A stretch of DNA of 57,910 nt from a virus (IMGVR_UViG_3300037424_000402:1-57910); one strand, 5' to 3'. Shown: positions 36,200 to 45,753, counted from the first letter of the stretch. The notes: a model not told the origin generated them from the sequence alone. Made by a program: numbers and translations.

Positions 36200-36555
36200 G
36201 CGATGCCACTATGACTACCTATTCCACGTTGCACCGTCTGTGGACGAGGGCCGTCGGAACGCCCGACTATGACAAGCGGGAGTGGCAGGCGTTCGAGCGG
36301 GCGTTACGTGCAGCGGGAGCAATTCCGGCCGTGAAAACCGGAGCCCTAGCAGAGGAGGGGCCGCGCCCTGGGCCCCCGCCGGAGCCGTGCGCGGGTGGTT
36401 GCGGGTCGCTCGCCCCCCTCGCCGCGGGGTGGATGTGCTCGCCGTGCTGCGAAGGAGCGCGCATCTTGAACAAGAATGCGCTTCGGCTTGCACGGAAAGA
36501 GGCCCCCGCCGCAGAGGTGAGCGCCGAGCCCCCCACGGAGAAGGAGCCCACGTGA
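36196..36555 (+). CDS. Hypothetical protein
   Basis: ATGA overlap; LHRLWTRAVGTPDYDKREW; Cys cluster. Confidence 0.6.
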   Translation: MSDATMTTYSTLHRLWTRAVGTPDYDKREWQAFERALRAAGAIPAVKTGALAEEGPRPGPPPEPCAGGCGSLAPLAAGWMCSPCCEGARILNKNALRLARKEAPAAEVSAEPPTEKEPT

Positions 36556-36755
36556 AGCGCGAGACGGTGCAGAGGTACCGCCGCGAGGCCAAGAGACTGC
36601 GACGGCTGGCCACCCGAAAGGCTGCCATCGGCCCAGCCTACCTAGGGTCCGCCATGGATCTGGTCTGGGAAGCGATGCGCTTGGAGGAGAGGGTTGCCCT
36701 GCGCGGCACCGGGCGCGCGTCTTCCCCTGGAGCGGCCGAGGGAGGAGAGAAATGA
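36552..36755 (+). CDS. Hypothetical protein
   Basis: AAGGAG RBS, GTG start; ends in a junction repeat. Confidence 0.5.
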   Translation: MKRETVQRYRREAKRLRRLATRKAAIGPAYLGSAMDLVWEAMRLEERVALRGTGRASSPGAAEGGEK

Positions 36756-37283
36756 CCGGAGCAGAGCGAATCGCAGCGGAGCGGTACCGGCAGATCAAGA
36801 TCGAGGGGTGGGGAGCGGCGCACGACGCGGAGCACGTGGACGGCGAGTTGGCCCTCGCCGCCGTGTGCTACGCCGCCCCGGTGCCGCTCTACGTGAAGGA
36901 TGAGACGCCGAACGGAGCGATCGAGTTCTCCGACCCATGGCCCCGCGGCTGGGACGGTGAGTGGGACAAGCGTCCCGTGGACGACATGGGGTCGCCGCGC
37001 CCCCCGCCGGTGACGGAGCGCATCCGGATGCTGGAAAAAGCCGGAGCCCTCATCGCGGCCGAGATCGATCGACTGTTGCGTGCCGCCCCTGGAGCGGCCG
37101 AGCCCAAGGAGGGGTGACCATGGACAAGTGTCCGAAGTGCGGCAGCGAAGTGGAGCAGGGCTACGGCCTCGCGTTCGGCGGGATCGGCGCCTACTCCTAC
37201 TGCACCAATGAGGAATGCGACTGGTTCGACAAGGTGCAGGACCCCGAGATGGAGCGGACCAGCCCGCCCCCTGGAGCGGCCGA
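36724..37283 (+). repeat. Three exact copies of CCCCTGGAGCGGCCGA at the 3' ends of consecutive genes
   Basis: Copies at 36724-36739, 37086-37101, 37268-37283. Confidence 0.85.
36752..37117 (+). CDS. Conserved phage hypothetical protein
   Basis: IAAERYRQIKIEGW...HD...GELALAAVCYA...LEKAGALIAAEIDRL family pattern. Confidence 0.75.
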   Translation: MTGAERIAAERYRQIKIEGWGAAHDAEHVDGELALAAVCYAAPVPLYVKDETPNGAIEFSDPWPRGWDGEWDKRPVDDMGSPRPPPVTERIRMLEKAGALIAAEIDRLLRAAPGAAEPKEG

Positions 37284-37296
37284 AAGGAAGCCATGA
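37120..37296 (+). CDS. Small Zn-ribbon protein
   Basis: CPKCG...CTNEEC; AGGAGG RBS. Confidence 0.65.
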   Translation: MDKCPKCGSEVEQGYGLAFGGIGAYSYCTNEECDWFDKVQDPEMERTSPPPGAAERKP

Positions 37297-37811
37297 GCGA
37301 GCGCATGTTTCCGATTCAAAGTGAGCGCGGGGCCAAGCCGCACCCGATCCGGATCCCGTGGTCCGTCGCGGAGAAGGCGTTCAGCGTCTACTCGGCCCGG
37401 TACGGACGAGATCAGAGCCTCGAACGGATGGCAGAGCGCGGCGGGTTCGGGCCTGGCGAGATGGACCTGTTCCTCCCCGGCTGGCGCGACGAGGTTGCGG
37501 AGATCACCTCTCTCCGCGCCGCCCTCGCCGCCGTGACGAAGGAGCGAGACGAGGCAGCGACGTGGGCCAAGGAACTGGACGAGCGCCTGGCCGCATCGAA
37601 CGAGGAAACGCAGCACGTGTTCAACGCCATGCGCGCCGCTGAGGCTGCCCCCGCCGCCGCAGAGGGGAGCGAGGAGCCGGAGCCCGGAGGGTGCTCTCGC
37701 TGCGGCTTGCACCGCGACCGAGCGATCCACTGGAATCGCGAGAGCCCGCTATTCCACGAGTTCTCGCCCACCGGCCGCTCCCCGGGCCCCGCGCCGAGAG
37801 GAACGCCATGA
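37293..37811 (+). CDS. Hypothetical protein
   Basis: QSLERMAERGGFG motif; coiled coil; CSRCG. Confidence 0.65.
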   Translation: MSERMFPIQSERGAKPHPIRIPWSVAEKAFSVYSARYGRDQSLERMAERGGFGPGEMDLFLPGWRDEVAEITSLRAALAAVTKERDEAATWAKELDERLAASNEETQHVFNAMRAAEAAPAAAEGSEEPEPGGCSRCGLHRDRAIHWNRESPLFHEFSPTGRSPGPAPRGTP

Positions 37812-38197
37812 GCGCCTGTCCAGACTGCGAGATGCGCCGCATGACCGCTGGCTCAGCCGCGGCCCGATGGAAGGAACGCGAGGCCGCCCTCGCCGCCGCA
37901 GTAGAGCGCGCAGAGCGAGCGGAGAAGGAGCGAGACGAGCGCCGTTGGATGGAGGACGGCGGCACCTGGGAGGACCGTGCGAAGGCCGCCGAGTCGCACG
38001 CGGAGGTGCTGGCAGGCGCGCTGCGGGCCGTCGAGTGGGGAGGCCGGATCCCGCCGATCGATCCCGACACCCCCGCGCAGTGCACGTGCCTCGCCTGTAG
38101 AGGCAAGGAGTCGTCGGGCCACCGTGAGGGCTGCATCATCGCCCGCGCCCTGGCTCCTCCCGCCGCAGCCGGATCGGACACGAAGGGGAAGCCATGA
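37808..38197 (+). CDS. Hypothetical coiled-coil/Cys protein
   Basis: CPDC; CLAC...GHREGC. Confidence 0.6.
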   Translation: MSACPDCEMRRMTAGSAAARWKEREAALAAAVERAERAEKERDERRWMEDGGTWEDRAKAAESHAEVLAGALRAVEWGGRIPPIDPDTPAQCTCLACRGKESSGHREGCIIARALAPPAAAGSDTKGKP

Positions 38198-38472
38198 CGA
38201 AGACGAATCGGATCGTTGGGATGGTGCTTCTCCTCCTTGTAGGATTCGTTGGTGGGATGGTAACGGTCGCGGGGCGTGTGCGGCCGGCGCAGGCAGCGGA
38301 GCCGTGCCGTGTCGAGGATCCGATCCCAGCCGATCCGCAGTTGTGGCTCTACCGAGGGATCGAATTCTGCGAGACGAAGTGCGGGAAGGGTGTGCCGTTC
38401 GACGTCGAGGTGGAGCCGAAGCGCGTCCGCTGCAACTGCGGTCGGCCGCCGAACCTGGGGGTCAAGCGATGA
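38194..38472 (+). CDS. Small exported/membrane protein
   Basis: N-terminal hydrophobic helix; Cys pairs. Confidence 0.55.
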   Translation: MTKTNRIVGMVLLLLVGFVGGMVTVAGRVRPAQAAEPCRVEDPIPADPQLWLYRGIEFCETKCGKGVPFDVEVEPKRVRCNCGRPPNLGVKR

Positions 38473-38714
38473 TGACATCGACGTGGCAATGTCCGTGCGG
38501 CGAGCGGTGCGAGATGCTCCACGAGCCGTGTCCTGCCAGTGAAGCACCGAAGCCGTCGGGCTGGTTCGTGCTCACCTATCACTCGTCACGGCTGGATCGC
38601 GCCACACTGACGGTGTGCTGTCACACCGTGACGTGCGCCGTTGCATACATCGCCGATCTCAATGCGGGCGGCTCGACCGTGGCGACGACGATCTCGATCG
38701 CCCGGGTGCCGTGA
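38469..38714 (+). CDS. Small Cys-rich protein
   Basis: ATGA overlap; CPCGERC. Confidence 0.5.
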   Translation: MMTSTWQCPCGERCEMLHEPCPASEAPKPSGWFVLTYHSSRLDRATLTVCCHTVTCAVAYIADLNAGGSTVATTISIARVP

Positions 38715-38938
38715 TGCGAACGAAGTGGCGGAAGTCGCGTGGGCTGAAGGTGTGGCGCCGCACCTTCCTCGGGCTCTCACTGAACGTGATCTACTACATG
38801 GTGGGATCGGGGTCGGAGTGGCGCCGCTGGCGCTTCGAGATTGGCGACGGCGGGGTCGTCGATCTCGGCTACGGCTCTCTCGAAGGCGCACAGAACGCCG
38901 CCGAGATCCGCGCGCGGCTCATCCGGGCTCGGCCATGA
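38714..38938 (+). CDS. Hypothetical protein
   Basis: TGATG overlap. Confidence 0.5.
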   Translation: MRTKWRKSRGLKVWRRTFLGLSLNVIYYMVGSGSEWRRWRFEIGDGGVVDLGYGSLEGAQNAAEIRARLIRARP

Positions 38939-39171
38939 TCCTCTCAGTCTGCCACTGCGACCAAGGGGCCGCTGACCACGTCCATGCCCCCGATCCCGAG
39001 GGTCGGCCGCGCGGGAATCGCCATTCCCAGAACATCCGGATCGGCGAGTTGACTCACAAGGTGGACGGTCTCACCGCCGCGAACGAGGGCTACAAGCGAG
39101 ACCTCACCGTCATGGGGTTGTGGATCGTCCGGCTGTGCGTGACGTGGCAGAAGGGCGTGAAGACCACTTGA
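38935..39171 (+). CDS. Hypothetical protein
   Basis: ATGA overlap. Confidence 0.5.
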   Translation: MILSVCHCDQGAADHVHAPDPEGRPRGNRHSQNIRIGELTHKVDGLTAANEGYKRDLTVMGLWIVRLCVTWQKGVKTT

Positions 39172-39197
39172 CGTGTCGCATGTAGAGTGCTTAGAGT
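39168..39197 (+). promoter_or_regulatory. Candidate sigma70 promoter for the recombination/replication operon
   Basis: TTGACG-18 nt-TAGAGT at the gene boundary. Confidence 0.45.
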
Positions 39198-39238
39198 CGC
39201 TGCAAGGGATGATGCGCTTGACAGTCCGAGGGTTCTAA

Positions 39239-39469
39239 ATGGCTCGCGCCGCACGTTGGATCCGGCTCCTTCTCCGCGATCTGTGGATTCACTTCTTCGC
39301 GGGGACGCTCTGCCTCCTCGTTCGCCACCATCGGGACAACGTTCCGATCGGTGAGCTTGTCGGACGGAAGGGCTTCCGAGGAGTCCCCGCCTTCCAGTGT
39401 CGCAAGTGCTTCACCATCACCCTGCGTGACTCGGATGTGAAGAAGCTGGGTGGAAAGGTGCCGACATGA
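39239..39469 (+). CDS. Small hypothetical protein
   Basis: LC...HH...QCRKC. Confidence 0.55.
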   Translation: MARAARWIRLLLRDLWIHFFAGTLCLLVRHHRDNVPIGELVGRKGFRGVPAFQCRKCFTITLRDSDVKKLGGKVPT

Positions 39470-39711
39470 CGAAGCCGAAGCCGAAGCCCATCGATCTGGC
39501 ACCAAAGACGGTGAAGCCCTACCAAGTTCCAGAGTTCGAGTTCAAGGAACTCTGCGCGATCCATTGGGCCGTAACATCCGTGGGCTGGACGCCCGATCGC
39601 TTCTACACCGAGTTCGTGGAGATCCGGAAGAAGCTCGATGAGATGTTCGGCGAGGATCGCGAGCATCTTCGTCAGCCGAAGCACGACTCGTCGGGCGGGG
39701 GCGTGCCATGA
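39466..39711 (+). CDS. Hypothetical protein
   Basis: ATGA overlaps on both sides. Confidence 0.55.
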   Translation: MTKPKPKPIDLAPKTVKPYQVPEFEFKELCAIHWAVTSVGWTPDRFYTEFVEIRKKLDEMFGEDREHLRQPKHDSSGGGVP

Positions 39712-40544
39712 GCGCGGCGCTTCCGATCATCGACTCGGGCCCTTCGGAGAGGGGCTGGAGCTATTATTCCACGGTCCTGCGCTGTCCCCAGCTTTTCTAT
39801 TGGAAGTACGTCTACCCCAAGATCGCCACGCGGCCGACCACCTTCTCCGACTACACCGAGCCGCTCGCGCGGGGGACCATCTTCCATGTCGCTGCCGCGC
39901 ATCACTACGCGCGGATGTGGGCCAGGGCGCACGGGAAGAATGAGGATCTGGTGTGTCCGCCGGAAGTCGCGATGAAGATCGCCGCCGCGAAGATCGGCGA
40001 GCTTGGCGAGGAGCGACTTCCCATCGTCCAGGCGATGTGGAGCGCGTACTTGCAGCGCTACCCCGTCGAGACGTTCGAGGTCGTGGCCGTCGAGCAACCT
40101 GCGGAGGTTCTGATCGAGGGTGTTCGCTTGACAGCGCGGATCGACCTGATCGTCAAGGAGCCGACGGGGCGGATCTTCATCTACGATCACAAGTCGTCGG
40201 CGCGGATGGAATCGAAGGTGATGCGCCGCTACACGCTGCACGGACAGCGCTTCGGGTTGGAGTTGCTCGGGCGGAAGCTCTACGGAGATCAGTTTGGCGG
40301 GGTCGTGATCAATCACATCACCGAGGATTGCGAGTTCGTCCGCAAATCGTCCGAGCCGGCGCCGTGGATGGCACGCAAGTTCCCGTTGACGATCACGCTC
40401 GCCGCCGCTTTGATCGAGAGCCTCACCGCGAAGTGTGGCACCGATCCGAGCGCGTGGCCGGCGTTCCCGAGCGATCAATCCTGTTACGGACCGTACGGCG
40501 CGTGTCCTGCGATCCCGATCTGCCAGTGGGGGCCTACGACATGA
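39708..40544 (+). CDS. PD-(D/E)XK RecB/Cas4-like exonuclease
   Basis: LRCP, RGTIFH, VEQ, ARIDLI, IYDHKS, C-terminal Cys cluster. Confidence 0.85.
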   Translation: MSAALPIIDSGPSERGWSYYSTVLRCPQLFYWKYVYPKIATRPTTFSDYTEPLARGTIFHVAAAHHYARMWARAHGKNEDLVCPPEVAMKIAAAKIGELGEERLPIVQAMWSAYLQRYPVETFEVVAVEQPAEVLIEGVRLTARIDLIVKEPTGRIFIYDHKSSARMESKVMRRYTLHGQRFGLELLGRKLYGDQFGGVVINHITEDCEFVRKSSEPAPWMARKFPLTITLAAALIESLTAKCGTDPSAWPAFPSDQSCYGPYGACPAIPICQWGPTT

Positions 40545-40903
40545 AGAGATACGATCTGGAAGAGGCGAAGGCTAGCATCGAAGAAGCGGCGCGTCGTACG
40601 ATCTCCAATGCTACGGTGAACATCGAACGCGCCGCGGAGAGTGCGATCGACAGACTCAACGCCGAGTCAGCAACGATCGACACGCTTGGGTCGCCGGTGG
40701 AGCTTTATGAGAAGGCCGCGATCGCATCCGTCAGAACGATTGATCTGACAGGTCGTGGATCAGGTGGCAAGATCAACGTCTACGACATCACCATTCAGAC
40801 GCCGAGCGGTCAGTTCAGCCTCGTCGGTGGAGGAGGTGAATCACCCGACATCCCGGCGAAGAAGTACCGCGCACTCTTCTTCCTGATCCCGGTGGAGACA
40901 TGA
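40541..40903 (+). CDS. Hypothetical protein
   Basis: ATGA overlaps; coding bias. Confidence 0.6.
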   Translation: MKRYDLEEAKASIEEAARRTISNATVNIERAAESAIDRLNAESATIDTLGSPVELYEKAAIASVRTIDLTGRGSGGKINVYDITIQTPSGQFSLVGGGGESPDIPAKKYRALFFLIPVET

Positions 40904-41823
40904 GCGCACCGGCGTCACGCGATCCCGTGCTCGGGATCATCTACGGTGTCCCGAAGACCGGGAAGACCACCGATCTCGGCTACTCCTTCCCCCGCGCGGT
41001 GTGGGCCGCCGCGCCAGGGGCGACCGCATCGCTGGAATCGGTGTGCGGCTACAAACCGTTTCCACGGCCGGTGGACATCCCGGATCTTGGTGTGGGGATC
41101 ACCCTCATCGAGAAGGTCTCCGCCGAGAAGCCGGGCGAGTTCGATGCGATCATCATCGACGACCTGTCACTCTACGTGGATCGCACTGTGCGATCGCTCG
41201 CCAAGCAAGGGGTCGGCGTGAAAGATCCGCGCCAGCTATGGGGCGCCGTTCGGATGAAGCTCCTCGACCTGCGTGACACGGCGCGGAGGGCCAGGTTGCA
41301 CGTCTTCCTGAACGCCCACGAGTCGGGGCCCAAGATGCAGAACATGACCCGCATCCGGGGCGGGCCGGCGCTCCCTGGGGCCGGGGCGGAGCTTGTCCCG
41401 GCCGCCTGCGACGTGGTCCTGCGCGCCGCCGCCAGGGCGGAGGATCCGACGGCGATCATCACCGGGTGGCCGGTCACCTACCGCTGTCAGGTGCAGGATC
41501 TCGACTACGTCTCGGGGGATCGCTACAACCGGACGCCCGACTACTCACCGATGAACATCGGCGAGCTTCTGAGATCCTCGGGATTCGTGATCCGACGTCT
41601 GCCAGGGCTCGAATGGCAGGAGCCGATCGTGGAGAAGATCGCGGGGGCGCTGGTTCAGAACATCGGCGATCGCGACTTCGTCAAGAAGGCTCTCGATCTT
41701 GCATTCGATCAGTCGATGCGCTATGCCAAGGATGAGAAACACGCGATCTGGGTTCAGAGGGACGCATACGATCGAGCGGTGCTGAAGATCGCGCAGGCGA
41801 AACACCAGCGGAGGCTCTTCTAG
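40900..41823 (+). CDS. AAA_24/Sak4-like recombination ATPase
   Basis: YGVPKTGKTT, IIIDDLS, NAHE; lies next to the exonuclease and an SSB-like gene. Confidence 0.8.
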   Translation: MSAPASRDPVLGIIYGVPKTGKTTDLGYSFPRAVWAAAPGATASLESVCGYKPFPRPVDIPDLGVGITLIEKVSAEKPGEFDAIIIDDLSLYVDRTVRSLAKQGVGVKDPRQLWGAVRMKLLDLRDTARRARLHVFLNAHESGPKMQNMTRIRGGPALPGAGAELVPAACDVVLRAAARAEDPTAIITGWPVTYRCQVQDLDYVSGDRYNRTPDYSPMNIGELLRSSGFVIRRLPGLEWQEPIVEKIAGALVQNIGDRDFVKKALDLAFDQSMRYAKDEKHAIWVQRDAYDRAVLKIAQAKHQRRLF

Positions 41824-41824
41824 C

Positions 41825-42127
41825 ATGTACGCCGACCTTCCGAAGTCAGTGATCAAGATCGAGCGGTTCGTGCTCCGCCTGCGTCGGCGGTACGGCGAAG
41901 TTCCGGCGCCGTCGGTGCTCGACAAGATCGAGCGGGCGCGGGTGAAGTCGGAGAAGTGGCACGCACGGATCGCTGCGAAGGCCGGTGGCAACGTCACGCG
42001 GGTCAAGCTCTCCCCACCGGAGGTGATCGCGCTGGTGATGGCAGTCGCCAAGCCGATGATGGCAGAGATGGATCCGAAGACGGTTCGGCCATTCGATCCT
42101 GACGAGTTCTTTTCCGATCTTTTCTGA
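41825..42127 (+). CDS. Hypothetical protein
   Basis: Operon packing. Confidence 0.55.
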   Translation: MYADLPKSVIKIERFVLRLRRRYGEVPAPSVLDKIERARVKSEKWHARIAAKAGGNVTRVKLSPPEVIALVMAVAKPMMAEMDPKTVRPFDPDEFFSDLF

Positions 42128-42178
42128 TCGGCGCGTCGCCGATCGCAACCGCCCGCAAGGGCAGAAGGAGCAGCACAA

Positions 42179-42418
42179 ATGGCAAAGAAGAAGAAGGCGG
42201 AGAGCAACGGAGCCCCGGTCGCGCGCACCTCTCCCGAGGAGTTCGTGGAGGCGTGGCAGGGCTGCGAGAACCTCAACGAGGCGAAGGAGAAGCTCGGCGA
42301 CGGCGCGTCGTCGCGCGCCGCGCGCTACCGCAAGGCGGGCGTCCCCCTGAAGGAGATGCAGGCCCGCCCGCGCCTCGACATCGAGGCCCTCACCAAGCTC
42401 GCCAAGGAGCACGCCTAG
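42179..42418 (+). CDS. Small basic HTH-like protein
   Basis: EEFVEAWQ...RAARYRKAGVPLK; strong RBS and codon bias. Confidence 0.7.
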   Translation: MAKKKKAESNGAPVARTSPEEFVEAWQGCENLNEAKEKLGDGASSRAARYRKAGVPLKEMQARPRLDIEALTKLAKEHA

Positions 42419-42476
42419 CCGCGATCGCGGTTGGGACGACGTAGCGAACACAACCCAGAAAGAAGGAGATCAAACC

Positions 42477-43067
42477 ATGGAGTTCGATTTCACCGGAGCG
42501 AACCCGCGCAATCCGCTGGTGAGCTTCAACCCCGATCCGGGGCCGTACATCTGCAAGATCGTCAGCGTCGATCCGAACTACAACAACGGCAAGTCCACCA
42601 AGTTCGAGATGGACGCGATCACCGGCCCGAGCGCCGGCCTCACGATCTCGAAGTACCTCGGCAACGATGAGGGCGCGAAGGGTGGGAACAAGGCGAACTG
42701 GCTCCAGGCTCTCGCCTGCATCGCGCCCGACGCCGACGCCTTCCTCGCCAAGGCCAAGATGGGCATGAAGTTCGATCCCACCAAGCAAGCGGTGGGGACG
42801 TTCGGTGGGAAGCCGATCCACGTCCTCGTGATCGAGGTGCCGGGGGTGGACGCCGAGGGGCGGCCGAACCTGCCCAACATCGAGTTCATCACCAAGGCGC
42901 AGTACGCCCAGCTTCTCGCCGCGCAGAAGGCGGGTGGCAAGCCGGCCGCCGTCGCCACGAAGCCGGCTACGCCCGCCGCGAACGGCGCTCCAGCCCCGGC
43001 CGCCGCTGCCACGCCAGGGACGCCGAGCGTGCTCGACGACCTGTTCGCCCAGACTCCTCCGGCGTAG
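42477..43067 (+). CDS. Putative single-stranded DNA-binding protein (DUF669-like)
   Basis: PDPGPYICKIVSVD OB-like start; Ala/Pro linker; LDDLF tail; next to the Sak4-like gene. Confidence 0.6.
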   Translation: MEFDFTGANPRNPLVSFNPDPGPYICKIVSVDPNYNNGKSTKFEMDAITGPSAGLTISKYLGNDEGAKGGNKANWLQALACIAPDADAFLAKAKMGMKFDPTKQAVGTFGGKPIHVLVIEVPGVDAEGRPNLPNIEFITKAQYAQLLAAQKAGGKPAAVATKPATPAANGAPAPAAAATPGTPSVLDDLFAQTPPA

Positions 43068-43088
43068 GGGTCGGTGTCGCTGGGGGGT

Positions 43089-43125
43089 ACGGGGGTGAAA
43101 GGTCGAGCGACCGAGTAGCCCCCGT
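43089..43125 (+). other. Intergenic hairpin with GAAA/GAGUA internal loop, followed by a U-rich tract
   Basis: ACGGGGGT-GAAA-GGTC-GAGC-GACC-GAGTA-GCCCCCGT. Confidence 0.55.
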
Positions 43126-43140
43126 TTCACTTTCAAGGGG

Positions 43141-43848
43141 ATGACGATGAGCGAATTCGACTTCGGTGAGAAGGCAGAGCGCGAGCGCAAGAAGACGGTG
43201 CGCCGTGATCACGACGCATACATGACGCCGCCAGCGCTTGCATCGGCGATCGTCAACCGGCTGCGTGATTCCATCATCCCCACCGCACCAATGAAGATCA
43301 TCGAGCCGGCGTGTGGAGAGGGAGACTTCATCGCGCCGTGCAAAGCCGTCTGGCCGGAGGCGTCGATCGTAGCGGTGGACATCCGCGCGGAGGTCGCCGA
43401 GAAGATCCAGGCATTCGGCGCGAAGTTCGTCCACTCGGATTACCTCGCGATCCCGACCAAGGCCCTCGCGTCGGCGGATCTGATCATCTCCAATCCGCCG
43501 TTCAACCGCTTCGCCGAGTTCGTGCTGCACTCGCTGTCAGGGATGCGCGACGGTGCGTATCTCGTGATGCTCATGCGGCTCGGGATGCTCGCCTGGACGG
43601 AAGACAAGCAAGATGGATTCTGGAAAGACGTCTATCCGGATCTGATCGGCTGCGCGCCGATCTGCCCACGCCCCAGCTTCACGGACGATGGGAAGACGGA
43701 TTCCCAGGAGTACGGGATCGCAGTCTGGCAAAAGGGCGCCGGTAGCAACGTGGACATCACTCACAGCGTCCCAATCAAGTGGGCGTGGCTGTGGCCGACG
43801 ATCCGCTGGGATAAGGGCCGCCGTGCACGTCGCAAGAACGGGGGATGA
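43141..43848 (+). CDS. N6-adenine DNA methyltransferase (gamma-type motif order)
   Basis: DAYMTP, IEPACGEG, ISNPPF, RPSFT..GKTD. Confidence 0.85.
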   Translation: MTMSEFDFGEKAERERKKTVRRDHDAYMTPPALASAIVNRLRDSIIPTAPMKIIEPACGEGDFIAPCKAVWPEASIVAVDIRAEVAEKIQAFGAKFVHSDYLAIPTKALASADLIISNPPFNRFAEFVLHSLSGMRDGAYLVMLMRLGMLAWTEDKQDGFWKDVYPDLIGCAPICPRPSFTDDGKTDSQEYGIAVWQKGAGSNVDITHSVPIKWAWLWPTIRWDKGRRARRKNGG

Positions 43849-44738
43849 TCATGGACTGCACTTATTGCAACGATTCCGGCATGACGCACCCGTCAATCCT
43901 GAGTGGCATACCGTGGCCGTGGATGATCTGCGGTTGCGCGGCCGGCGTGAAGATCGCCTCGCGGCTCGCGTTGAGGCCTCGCCCCGGGATCGGAATCCCT
44001 GACGGTGGTGTCTTCACGTCGTTCAAGGCCGGCGGCTTGTTCGGCTCGGCGGCAGATCCAGCGGCGCCACTTGCCGCGAAGGTCGTGGCGCGCTGGATCA
44101 AGCTCAGAGAGATCGTCGAGGCGCAGAAGATGAAGGAGTGGGCACTCGGCGATCGCCCAGGCACCATCCACAGCATTCGCGGCTGGGCGTTCGGGAACGT
44201 GCTCGCGTGGATGCGCGCGATCGAAGCCGGCGAGGATCCGACGCCGAAGGATCCGAAGAAAATTGTCGCGGAGATCCAAGCCGAGGCGAAGCGATCCGGC
44301 ACTGACAAGCTCACCGACGCCGAGATCAACGCGGAGATCGCATCGAGCCGAGAGGAGCGGAAGAAGACGCCCGCCGATCGACTAGCCGATGCCGCTCTGG
44401 ATCTGATCTCCTCATTGACATCGAAAGGGTATCACCCTGGCGTCGGTAGAATTGGAGCACTCGATGAGGCGATCACGGAGTACCGTTCGACGCGCAACGC
44501 GCACCCGACGTTCAACGCGATCGTCGGCAACCCTCCCGATCCGATCATGCTCGCGAGGCTCACCGTCGATTCGCTCACCGGCGGCGCGCTCTCGTCGCTG
44601 ATCTGCTACGTGATCGACGATCTTCTTCCAGCGATGATCACCGTACGTGAGAGCAGGGCAAACGACGGGCGTGCTGCGGCGCAAGCCACCATCGAAAATG
44701 TCAGGGTGAACCTGCGCGCGCTCGGGGAGAAGCCATGA
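43845..44738 (+). CDS. Hypothetical protein with N-terminal Zn finger
   Basis: CTYCNDSG...CGC. Confidence 0.65.
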   Translation: MIMDCTYCNDSGMTHPSILSGIPWPWMICGCAAGVKIASRLALRPRPGIGIPDGGVFTSFKAGGLFGSAADPAAPLAAKVVARWIKLREIVEAQKMKEWALGDRPGTIHSIRGWAFGNVLAWMRAIEAGEDPTPKDPKKIVAEIQAEAKRSGTDKLTDAEINAEIASSREERKKTPADRLADAALDLISSLTSKGYHPGVGRIGALDEAITEYRSTRNAHPTFNAIVGNPPDPIMLARLTVDSLTGGALSSLICYVIDDLLPAMITVRESRANDGRAAAQATIENVRVNLRALGEKP

Positions 44739-44920
44739 CGCGCCCGACGAAGCGTTGGATCTGGTGGATTTTCTCCATCACATCCATTCCACTCGTTCCC
44801 CTCGCCATGATCATCTACTGGATCATCGGTGACTCGACGTGGATCGGATCGGCGCGTGAGATCGCGCGAGCGTGGTGGAAAGAGATCGAACAATTTCCTT
44901 GGAAGGAGCGCCCGCTGTGA
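44735..44920 (+). CDS. Small membrane protein
   Basis: Hydrophobic helix; overlaps on both sides. Confidence 0.55.
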   Translation: MTRPTKRWIWWIFSITSIPLVPLAMIIYWIIGDSTWIGSAREIARAWWKEIEQFPWKERPL

Positions 44921-45348
44921 AGCGAATTTTCGTGGTGTCCCCGCTGCGCGGAACGCCGATGCAGTTCAAGATGATCGACGATCGCGTGCGGATGCTCGAA
45001 AACACTGGGGCCGCTGACGAGATCACCAGGAAAGCAGTCGCGGCGTGGCGCGCTGAACTCTTCGAGGCGAATCAGCGTCTCGCCGAGCGGCTGTGCCGCG
45101 AGGTGATTCTCGCTGGCAACCGTCCCGTCGCCGGTCACCTCTTCTATCCGCGCTTCCTCGACGACAAGGTGCAGTCCGAGCGCGAACTCGGCATGAAGGC
45201 CGGACGTGAGGATTTGATCGAGTGCCAGGTGGCGTGGATCTACACCGTCTACGGGATCTCGGTCGGGATGTCGGCCGACATCCAAGCCGCGCGTGATCAC
45301 AACATCCTCCTCTACACCCCAGAGCATTGGGCCGCTTCGGAGCGATGA
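44917..45348 (+). CDS. Nucleoside-deoxyribosyltransferase-fold (DUF4406-like) protein
   Basis: IFVVSPLRG, PVAGHLFYP.FLDD, ERELGM, GISVGM..DI. Confidence 0.65.
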   Translation: MKRIFVVSPLRGTPMQFKMIDDRVRMLENTGAADEITRKAVAAWRAELFEANQRLAERLCREVILAGNRPVAGHLFYPRFLDDKVQSERELGMKAGREDLIECQVAWIYTVYGISVGMSADIQAARDHNILLYTPEHWAASER

Positions 45349-45372
45349 TTCTCAGTCAACCATGGAGGATGT

Positions 45373-45753
45373 ATGTTTGAGATCGTTTTGGCGGTATTCA
45401 GTAACGTCCGAGCGGTGGCAATTCCAGTTGCCATCTTTCTCACGATTGGTCTCACTCTGACGTTCGTGGCGCAAGCGTGGGCGCACGACTTTTTCAACGA
45501 CAAGGACGAAGAGTCGTTGAATGCTCGGATGCCGAAGATCAGATCGAAGCTGATCGCCTGGATCATCGTATCGGCGGTTGTAACCTGCGTTCCAACCATC
45601 GACGATCTATGGAAAGTCAGGATCGGTCTGATCAAGTATCAGCTTGCCTCGTCGGAGAATGTCCAGACGGGCGTCGATACCATCGAGCGCATCGGGAAGA
45701 AGCTGGAGTGCAAGTATCTCGGCGGATGCGACGAGAAGAAGCCGGAGCGATGA
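45373..45753 (+). CDS. Two-TM membrane protein
   Basis: GGAGG RBS; two hydrophobic helices; lower GC. Confidence 0.65.
   Translation: MFEIVLAVFSNVRAVAIPVAIFLTIGLTLTFVAQAWAHDFFNDKDEESLNARMPKIRSKLIAWIIVSAVVTCVPTIDDLWKVRIGLIKYQLASSENVQTGVDTIERIGKKLECKYLGGCDEKKPER

Noticed and set aside
39708-40544. Cas4 as a spacer-acquisition gene
   Set aside because: It sits with Sak4-like and SSB-like genes in an ordinary phage recombination module, far from the arrays
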